The translations under genes and the position numbers were made by a program. A stretch of DNA of 20,000 bases from an uncultured Rhodopirellula sp. (GTDB lineage: Bacteria > Planctomycetota > Planctomycetia > Pirellulales > Pirellulaceae). The stretch covers positions 114,635-134,634 of the forward strand of contig CAXGAI010000007.1 of assembly GCA_964007735.1 (NCBI GenBank). Direction: 5' to 3'. Shown piece by piece: positions 1-6,640 of this stretch; the stretch's first letter is position 1, and the number at the start of each line of letters is the position of its first letter. Below the pieces are notes generated by a model. The model had not been told where the DNA came from and did no database searches. It was given only the letters and a program-made list of their open reading frames with translations.

Positions 1-1317
1 CAAATCTTCAGCAACTGGATACATCCCATTAAGAGGAAACGCACAATATTCTTCGGTAGTTATATTGGCTGTGTGCTTTTCATCCGCGAGTTTTGGTAGC
101 CGAGTATCTTCTATCAGACCACCTGCCAGAAAGACGATCTCGTCGGGCTTGGCTTTGTCATTGAGTGTTTTAGCGACCAAATCCCACCGCTCCGTTTTAA
201 ACGTGATAGTTCCTGCTCGGTGGTTAGAAATTACGTCGCTGTCAACTAGCAGGAAAACCAATAAACAGCTAAATCCTAAAAGGAATGGAATGTGGAACGA
301 GTTGGATGATTGCGTAACTGCTGCCACGCTGAATCCGCAGAAGATACTTAATGCCGGCAGGCATGTAACTAAGTAACGAGGGAAAAACCAGTTCACCCAA
401 TCAAGTCTAGTAGTCGTCCATGCTGTTAAGTAAGGAACTACTGCGAGAATCAGGGAACCCAGAATGAGTGGCTTGAGGGTCTCTAATTTGGGCCTGAACG
501 CGATTAAAAGAAAGCCGGGTAAAACCAAGGTACTTCGCACTGGCAGTGTCAAAAGAGATTCAAAAGTTGCATGCTCGGCGCGGATAAATGTTGCCCATTG
601 ATTGCGATGATTGTAAATGTTTTCCAACGTGTCATATTGTGTCGCGATGATGATTCCCAAAACAAAGACCTGCAGGATGAATACTTTCATTCGACGGACT
701 AACGGGCCTGGGCTGGCAAATGAGTGAGCCAGCAGGAGACTGCCAATAGCGGGGATAGCCATGTAGTGAGTGTATATGCATAACGTAGCCACGAGGCTCC
801 AGGTGAATTCAAGTCGCCACGAAATGGCCTGTTTTACGTCGTTGCTAGCGTTATAGCTTCTTCTCCATTGCATAGAACTGACACAGAAGAGAATTAAGAT
901 AAGTAGGGTCAATAAACTGTAAGCGCGTGCTTCGACGGCGAATAAAAGTTGAAGGTGACCTGCCGCAAAGGAAACCGTTGTAACGAGGGTCGCTAATAAC
1001 TTGAGCTGATGACGGTGGCACAGCCAGTTTAGAACGATAACCGAGCCGCAAGCGCAGACTGTCGAGAAAACTCTCAGAGATGTTTCCGTTTGTCCTGTAA
1101 CGCTTACCACTAACTTCAATAAGTAGAAATAGAGCGGGGACTGATTTCCCGCCATTGCACGTTCGGAGACAGCATTCCAATCTGCCAGCAATGTCCAAGA
1201 GGTGTGCAGTTCGTCTATCCACAGAGGTAAATCTAGATAGCCTCGGGAAATTACTGCGATCACAGCAATTCCAATCATGGAAGACAATAGATAGGACTGT
1301 TTGCGTATTGAGAGCAT
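1..1317 (-). CDS. GT-C fold integral-membrane glycosyltransferase (PMT_2 / GT39 / ArnT-like), truncated at its 3' end by the window edge
   Basis: Not in the ORF track; translated by hand. ATG at 1317-1315 with an in-frame TAA TAA shortly upstream, and the frame stays open to base 1 (439 codons). Begins MLSIRKQSYLLSSMIGIAVIAVISRGYLDLPLWIDELHTSW. Shows the GT-C signature series LWxDE, QSPLYFYLLK, SLRVFS, EARAYSLL, IYTHY and FFPRYLVTCLPAL, with many hydrophobic segments. Confidence 0.85.
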   Translation of the reverse strand, partial: MLSIRKQSYLLSSMIGIAVIAVISRGYLDLPLWIDELHTSWTLLADWNAVSERAMAGNQSPLYFYLLKLVVSVTGQTETSLRVFSTVCACGSVIVLNWLCHRHQLKLLATLVTTVSFAAGHLQLLFAVEARAYSLLTLLILILFCVSSMQWRRSYNASNDVKQAISWRLEFTWSLVATLCIYTHYMAIPAIGSLLLAHSFASPGPLVRRMKVFILQVFVLGIIIATQYDTLENIYNHRNQWATFIRAEHATFESLLTLPVRSTLVLPGFLLIAFRPKLETLKPLILGSLILAVVPYLTAWTTTRLDWVNWFFPRYLVTCLPALSIFCGFSVAAVTQSSNSFHIPFLLGFSCLLVFLLVDSDVISNHRAGTITFKTERWDLVAKTLNDKAKPDEIVFLAGGLIEDTRLPKLADEKHTANITTEEYCAFPLNGMYPVAEDL

Positions 1318-1415
1318 TGAATATTGAAAATGCCTGACAGCTGGCTGGTAGATGTTTGAATAGATATAGGTTTATTAAAAGCAGTGTCCCAAAGAGTTTG
1401 CAAGGGCTCACAAGA

Positions 1416-2198
1416 CTAATGGCAGCCAGCGGCGCGCTCCTTCTGAGGTAGGATTTCCAGACAAGTGGTCCACCACCCGGTATGAATAGTCTCGATGAAT
1501 TCATGGGGGATTCCTTCCTGTTGCATTTCCTTTCCTAATCGCTGATAGTCGTAATGGACGGGGTGGAATTCGTGGAGGATGCCGGAGCGTGTAATATCCA
1601 GAGTTGTGAACCAGACATGATTCGAGCCGTCATTTTCGGGGCGTCCCAACACTCCGACGTTTATGAATTTCCCCTGTTTGCTTTGAGCGTGCCATTTTAT
1701 GCCGGTATGTGTGCCTGCAATTAGATCTAGATTTCGACGTTGAAGAAACATGTCAATAAAATGTAGAGGCGTCGTCGATTCCCATAGGAACTCATTGGTT
1801 CGGCGTGGACTTCCGTGGCAAAGCAGGATCTTTTGATCTTCAATTTCAAGTTCGAGTTCCTTGGGGAGTGTCCTTAGAAACATTTTGTAGGCATCATTCG
1901 TGTTAGCCAACGTGTAGTCGTAGCTGATTTGAGCGAAGTGATTATCCCGATCGGCGGTATACCCACATTGGCAATCTTCCAGTTCATTGCCGATGCTGTC
2001 ATCGTAGTTCCCCTGGATGCACTGTATGTTGTTGTCGATTAGCAGCGGAAAGGATCTGTCAGGATGTGGCCCGAAGGCACCGATGTCACCAAGGCAATAC
2101 ATCGTATCTACTCCTATATCAGAAGCCTGTGATATAGCCGCTTCCAGTGCCAGGTAGTTGTTGTAGATACCCCCAAACAAGGCAATCCGTGTAGTCAT
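1416..2198 (-). CDS. Calcineurin-like metallophosphoesterase family protein with a degenerate first metal motif and a CxCGY insert
   Basis: Motifs YCLGDIGAFGP, IQGNYD, LCHGSP, THTG and FINVGVLGRP. Motif I reads FGGIYNN instead of DxHxN. The ATG overlaps the upstream TGA (ATGA, 2195-2198). Confidence 0.85.
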   Translation of the reverse strand: MTTRIALFGGIYNNYLALEAAISQASDIGVDTMYCLGDIGAFGPHPDRSFPLLIDNNIQCIQGNYDDSIGNELEDCQCGYTADRDNHFAQISYDYTLANTNDAYKMFLRTLPKELELEIEDQKILLCHGSPRRTNEFLWESTTPLHFIDMFLQRRNLDLIAGTHTGIKWHAQSKQGKFINVGVLGRPENDGSNHVWFTTLDITRSGILHEFHPVHYDYQRLGKEMQQEGIPHEFIETIHTGWWTTCLEILPQKERAAGCH

Positions 2199-3100
2199 AT
2201 TCCTGAACCTTTAGGGGTACGACTGGTAGACACGTTTGAGCAGATGGAGCCGTATTGATAGCAGGTATAGCAGGCTCCATGTGAAAGACTAAAGACCGCA
2301 TTGGAGGCCGTCTTCAAATTGTTCCCTAAAATAGAGTCTGGAGATTCGATTAAAATAGGACACACATGTACTCCTCGATCGGTCACGATCCGTGAGTGCT
2401 CACAAACCAGCTGACTAGTGTCAAAATCGTCAAGCATTTCGGAGGTCACACGTTGATGAACCGAGTACCCGCCGGTTCGGTTTTCTTCTGCGCCAATTTT
2501 AAGGGTGGGTAATAATTTAATTCGTGGGTTGTCATAACCATGCTTCTTAAGGACATCCGAGAACGTATTGAGCATGGTTTGATCTTGATTGTCCGGCCAA
2601 GTACGAGTTGCGGTGATAATGGGAAGGAAATCATGTGAAACGAGCCTGGCAACCCCCCTCATTGCCCGGTTAAATGTTCCTTCGCCACGGATCGGGTCAT
2701 TGGTTTGCGAATTGAAACCATCAATCGAAACTCGAAATTCGAGGCTGTACCGGCTTTGATCTTGAGCCTGTCTAAGACGCGTGAGCCACTCGTCTTTGAA
2801 TACGGTGGCATTGGTAAGGACGGTCGCTGGACCAAATTCGAGTGTGTCGATTAAGATGTCGGTCATCTCCGGATGTAGAAATGGTTCACCACCTGTGAAG
2901 TAGTAACCTTTAACTCCTAACTCAATACTTTCATGAAGGTGAGTTTGGATTTTTTCTCGTGATAAAAATCCAAAACGGTTGTTGTGCGGGCTGCATGAGA
3001 TAAAGCAGTGATGACATGTTAAATTGCACCGGGTTCCGGCAACCTGAAACCAGAGTTCGTCGAGATGAGAAAGAGCGAGGTTCACATCGGTTTTGCTCAT
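2195..3100 (-). CDS. Radical SAM enzyme with Cys-rich C-terminus (resembles the ArsS/TIGR04167 neighbourhood)
   Basis: CX3CX2C motif (C25-NLT-C29-HH-C32), FTGGEPFLHP, VLTNAT and RVSIDG...NDPIRGEGTF. Five further Cys near the C-terminus (C233, C247, C277, C280, C287). Confidence 0.9.
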   Translation of the reverse strand: MSKTDVNLALSHLDELWFQVAGTRCNLTCHHCFISCSPHNNRFGFLSREKIQTHLHESIELGVKGYYFTGGEPFLHPEMTDILIDTLEFGPATVLTNATVFKDEWLTRLRQAQDQSRYSLEFRVSIDGFNSQTNDPIRGEGTFNRAMRGVARLVSHDFLPIITATRTWPDNQDQTMLNTFSDVLKKHGYDNPRIKLLPTLKIGAEENRTGGYSVHQRVTSEMLDDFDTSQLVCEHSRIVTDRGVHVCPILIESPDSILGNNLKTASNAVFSLSHGACYTCYQYGSICSNVSTSRTPKGSGI

Positions 3101-3150
3101 AGTCTTCGCTTTCCAGTCAAACGGTAAAACGCTGTGGGTAGGGACAGGGG

Positions 3151-4410
3151 CTAGCCAGAAAACGTTTGGTAAATATCAAGAGAATCTCTGTCGCCAATGA
3201 TTTGGAACAGTTGAACGATTTGGTTTAGGCCCGTGTGGAATAGGAAACCTGACTGCCGCCCGTAGCTTTTGATTCCTAATTGATAGTAATTTGGTTCAGT
3301 TGTTATTAAAAGCTCACGTGATTCGATCGAGAGATCCAGACAGTTGCCACGGCTCTGGCTTAGTAAGCTTGCTGCCAACTGAATTGGCCCTTCAGTCGCA
3401 TAACACTGGTGAACTTGCAGTTCCTGATGAATCGAGCTGTCTGTTCGATAGCCCGTTAGGCCAAAGATCTGATCAAAAGAATGCCAAGTAAGTTTCAGTT
3501 CGTTGTCCCCTTCTTCCTGCGGGGCATGTTTACGGGTTTCGTAGATTCCGAGTTTATATTTCTGACAACTTTCTGATTCAGACAGCTTCACCGTATCGAT
3601 GGCGCAGTTTGGTAAGACCGAGATTTCAGAATTCGCAACTAATGACTGTAGTTTCTTCAGGATATGAACGCGTTCCGCGAGCGGGTCATCTTCGATTTGT
3701 TGAAGTGCTGGTAAGTGATCGCCACGGGTAATCCAGGTGAGATTTGCTCCAGCATTGGACAAGGTGATTAATGTGCTGGCTGCAGAGTGCCCTGCTCCGA
3801 TAACGGCAACCTGTTGCCCCGATAATTGATGGGCTTGCTCGATTGTGGGGATGGATCGCTTAATGTCTGAGACAAGTTCTTTCTCCCCAATGGCCGGGAT
3901 CCCTCCAGCGCCGATTGGATTCGGATTGGCGTAGACTCCGGAGGTATCAATAACGATATCCGCAGTCAGGACTCGTTGTTGCTTCTCTTGTTCAACAATG
4001 ACTCGGAAAGGATCTCCAGCACGGTCATGGGTTAGGTCTGTTTTGTTTGACCAGGTGCGTGAAACGCTGACAACACGACTGTTGGTGTGAATGCTGGGAC
4101 GTAATAGATCCGTTTCTGACAACGGCAATAAATAGCTCGCGAGCCACTGCGCACCTGTTATATATTCGTCTGTTGCTGGAAACAAATGGTTTGGTTCGTG
4201 ACTTTCGATGGCCGCTTTGCCGAGGGGTGAGTGATTCATGGAAAAGGGAGAGAACATCTTCACGTGGCTCCAATGGTGAACATGTTCACATACCTGACCG
4301 GCTTCGCAGATTTCCACATGGTAACCCAGATACCGAGCATACAAAGCAGCTTCCAACGCGACCGGGCCGGCACCGATGAAGAAGATGGTTGCAGGGGTTT
4401 CGATGGCCAT
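3151..4410 (-). CDS. FAD/NAD(P)H-dependent oxidoreductase (two-Rossmann flavoprotein monooxygenase/TrxB-like fold)
   Basis: Two dinucleotide-binding motifs (IGAGPVALEAA; VIGAGHSA), plus WSHVKMFSPF, VIDTSG, LTGYR and the C-terminal EPNYYQLGIKSYGR...TGLNQI. GGAG SD-like motif upstream. Confidence 0.85.
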   Translation of the reverse strand: MAIETPATIFFIGAGPVALEAALYARYLGYHVEICEAGQVCEHVHHWSHVKMFSPFSMNHSPLGKAAIESHEPNHLFPATDEYITGAQWLASYLLPLSETDLLRPSIHTNSRVVSVSRTWSNKTDLTHDRAGDPFRVIVEQEKQQRVLTADIVIDTSGVYANPNPIGAGGIPAIGEKELVSDIKRSIPTIEQAHQLSGQQVAVIGAGHSAASTLITLSNAGANLTWITRGDHLPALQQIEDDPLAERVHILKKLQSLVANSEISVLPNCAIDTVKLSESESCQKYKLGIYETRKHAPQEEGDNELKLTWHSFDQIFGLTGYRTDSSIHQELQVHQCYATEGPIQLAASLLSQSRGNCLDLSIESRELLITTEPNYYQLGIKSYGRQSGFLFHTGLNQIVQLFQIIGDRDSLDIYQTFSG

Positions 4411-4426
4411 AAGCGATTCATCTCCA

Positions 4427-5548
4427 CTATCTTATAATTCCAAAGTGTTCCACACTGATCTCTGAGTCTTTACCTTCAAGCAGATCAGCCATTAGTACCG
4501 CGGTGCCTGTAGACAAATGAATACCACTTCGGAAGTGTCCCGAAGCCATGAACAGATTATCGATGTTGGGGATCTTGCCAATGTATGGCATACCGTCAAA
4601 ACTTCCGGGCCGTAGACCTGACCAACTCATGGTGATTTCGTGTTCTTTTAACGCCGGCACCAAAGAATAAGCAAAGTCCGCCAGTTGGTTCAATATTTCA
4701 GGCGTGGTGCCCTTTTGGAAACCAACTTCCTCTTCACACGATCCGGCCAGTACTTTGCCATCCGCCCGAGGGACTAAATATCTCGAACCCTCACTCAGGA
4801 TATGGTGGATCAGGCTTTTAGAAGCTTCAAACAAAATCATCTGCCCGCGGATCGGTACAATACCTGTTGGAATGGCCGTTACCTGTTTAAGCAGTTCGGA
4901 AGACCAAGCCCCTGAGGTAATACAGTATTGCCCTCCGGTGACTGGTCCTGCTGTTGTCCGCAGGCCTGTAATAATGCCATCGCTGCTTTCAAAGTCAAGA
5001 ACTTCGCACTGTGTATCAATACGGACACCCCGAAGTTCACACGCTTTGGCCAGGGCCTTCACGTGTCGCGGATTACGCAATGTCATTTCATCTGGTAGTA
5101 AGTAGGCCGCCTGAAATTGATCCGGGTCGAGTGTGGGTTCTATAGCGAGAAGTTTATCTTTCGACAGAAAAGAAGCTTCAATTCCTTCCTCGTTTAACAT
5201 ACTAATGTATCCCGCAAGGGAGGCAGCTTCGCCAGGTTTTTTGGCGAGGTAGATGCCTCCGCATTGACGAAAGCCTGTGTCAATCCCAGACTCTTGCTGA
5301 AGCCGTTTCGCCCATTGTGGGTGAAGGCGGTGACTGATTCCTCTCAATTTCTCACAGGGGTTCAGCGCGGAGTCCGGATTGGCTGGTGGCAGGATGCCAG
5401 CCCCGGCCCAGGATGCTTCGCGTGCGATCTGGTTGCCACGTTCAAGAATCCGAACCTGCTGTCCCCTGCAGGTAAGTTCATAAGCGATGGAGAGTCCAAT
5501 AACTCCACCGCCGATTAAAATAACTTCATTGGAATTTGGTTGGTTCAT
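4427..5548 (-). CDS. thiO: Glycine oxidase ThiO-like FAD-dependent amino-acid oxidase (DAO family)
   Basis: IGGGVIGLSIA, EASWAGAGILPP, PIRGQM, YLVPRADG, WSGLRPGSFDGMPYIG and ASGHFRSGIHLS. The ATG overlaps the upstream TGA (ATGA, 5545-5548). Confidence 0.75.
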   Translation of the reverse strand: MNQPNSNEVILIGGGVIGLSIAYELTCRGQQVRILERGNQIAREASWAGAGILPPANPDSALNPCEKLRGISHRLHPQWAKRLQQESGIDTGFRQCGGIYLAKKPGEAASLAGYISMLNEEGIEASFLSKDKLLAIEPTLDPDQFQAAYLLPDEMTLRNPRHVKALAKACELRGVRIDTQCEVLDFESSDGIITGLRTTAGPVTGGQYCITSGAWSSELLKQVTAIPTGIVPIRGQMILFEASKSLIHHILSEGSRYLVPRADGKVLAGSCEEEVGFQKGTTPEILNQLADFAYSLVPALKEHEITMSWSGLRPGSFDGMPYIGKIPNIDNLFMASGHFRSGIHLSTGTAVLMADLLEGKDSEISVEHFGIIR

Positions 5549-6210
5549 GCCAGGTGCTTTGCTTCAAGTTCATCAAGCCGTTGGTATAACCACCGGGACG
5601 AATCGTCTCTGGATTCTCGTAGTTCTCTGAGGTCATCGATCGTATCGATATCAAACCATGGGGGTAGTAAATCATAGGAGTAGCCTGCTCCGCGTAAAGC
5701 TTCGATTGTTTGTTCAAGTACTTTGTCAGATGACCAGTGGATGCCTGCAAAAATGGGGGGGACTTGCTGTTGGCAACCGATGAGATAATAGCCTCCATCG
5801 ACTGCCGGGCCAATGACACAGTCCACATCTTCCAAGGCTTCAAATGCTTTTTGGATCATGTCGACAGGCAACGTTGGACTGTCTGTTCCGATGAGTACGG
5901 TCTTTTTAAACTGACGTTCAACGGCCTGCTGGAAAAAGGAGTTCATGCGCTCGCCAAGATCTCCATCAGACTGAGCAGTAATGGTCCAGTTTGGCGGTGT
6001 AACTAGAGCGAAATCGGCCAGTCGTTCCACTGGAGTTACACATAGTATCTGAGCTTCCGCAAGACCGGAAACGCGTTTGAGTGTCGAGAGCAGGAAGGCC
6101 TGATATATTTCAGCCGCGAATTGGTTGTTGGTGTCGCAAGCTAAGCGTGTCTTTACCTTGCCGGCTTCCCAGAATTTAGCAAAGACACCGAGCATTGTTT
6201 TTGAGGTCAT
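5545..6210 (-). CDS. TIGR04282/DUF2064-type GT-A superfamily transferase (rSAM/selenodomain-associated transferase 1; 'arsenosugar biosynthesis glycosyltransferase' family)
   Basis: Family motifs FAK...GKVKTRLA, QSDGDLGERM, VLIGTDSPTL, VIGPAVDGGYYLIG, IHWSS..VLEQT and WFDIDT..DL. Confidence 0.88.
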   Translation of the reverse strand: MTSKTMLGVFAKFWEAGKVKTRLACDTNNQFAAEIYQAFLLSTLKRVSGLAEAQILCVTPVERLADFALVTPPNWTITAQSDGDLGERMNSFFQQAVERQFKKTVLIGTDSPTLPVDMIQKAFEALEDVDCVIGPAVDGGYYLIGCQQQVPPIFAGIHWSSDKVLEQTIEALRGAGYSYDLLPPWFDIDTIDDLRELRESRDDSSRWLYQRLDELEAKHLA

Positions 6211-6213
6211 GAA

Positions 6214-6453
6214 TTAGCTTCCATTCGTTCCTAGCAGACGCACGAGGAGGACTTCATTAATGGTTCCACGGAATCGAACTTTGCCATCAATTTCTACGAC
6301 AGGAACACAAGTGTCGTATTTTTCAAACAATTTTGGCTGTTCGTCGATATCGACTTCATCGATGGAAAAACCATACATTTCCAGTGTTTCCTTCGCTTCC
6401 TCGCAAAGTTGACAGGACTTTCGCGTATATAAAATGGCATGACGTGAGGACAT
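6214..6453 (-). CDS. Glutaredoxin-like protein (DUF836/NrdH-type)
   Basis: 79 aa with LYTRKSCQLCEEAK (CxxC), EVDID and the cis-Pro motif VPVVEIDG. Ends 3 nt before the next ATG. Confidence 0.85.
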   Translation of the reverse strand: MSSRHAILYTRKSCQLCEEAKETLEMYGFSIDEVDIDEQPKLFEKYDTCVPVVEIDGKVRFRGTINEVLLVRLLGTNGS

Positions 6454-6501
6454 ATGACGGTTTCGAGCGTTGTAGTAGTATAGGGCTCTAAAGACAGACT
6501 G

Positions 6502-6528
6502 CTTTTAGCCGACGAAACCGGCTAAAAG
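6502..6528. promoter_or_regulatory. Perfect 10-bp inverted repeat in the divergent intergenic region (operator or 5'-UTR hairpin)
   Basis: CTTTTAGCCG (6502-6511), loop ACGAAAC, CGGCTAAAAG (6519-6528). Confidence 0.5.
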
Positions 6529-6544
6529 TGTTGTTACCGCCTCA

Positions 6545-6572
6545 ATTATGTCGACTCCATTGAATGAATCAA
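6545..6572 (-). promoter_or_regulatory. Putative sigma70-type promoter of the minus-strand operon
   Basis: On the minus strand: TTGATT (6572-6567), 16-nt spacer, CATAAT (6550-6545). An extended -10 TGnTAAACT (6582-6590, + strand) may drive the divergent kinase gene. Confidence 0.35.
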
Positions 6573-6640
6573 CCGTTCCCGTGATAAACTAAGGATTCGA
6601 TCATTCCTTTTCGATACGTTCATTTCTAATTCGGGCAAAG

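Noticed and set aside
65..376. 103-aa plus-strand ORF (also 1155..1337)
   Set aside because: Antisense to the GT-C gene, TTG start, no motifs.
851..1504. 217-aa minus-strand ORF from the track
   Set aside because: It is an out-of-frame shadow over the phosphoesterase 3' end and the GT-C gene. It has no recognisable motifs, while the frame starting at 1317 has clear family signatures.
2195..2198. Possible selenocysteine read-through of the rSAM TGA, since related families include selenoproteins
   Set aside because: The TGA is part of an ordinary ATGA stop/start overlap and comes after the Cys-rich tail is complete. Read-through would give only a short non-homologous peptide. The same applies to the TGA at 5545-5547.
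4704..5105. 133-aa plus-strand ORF and the other short ORFs nested in major genes
   Set aside because: Antisense or alternate-frame to well-supported genes, with no independent coding signal.
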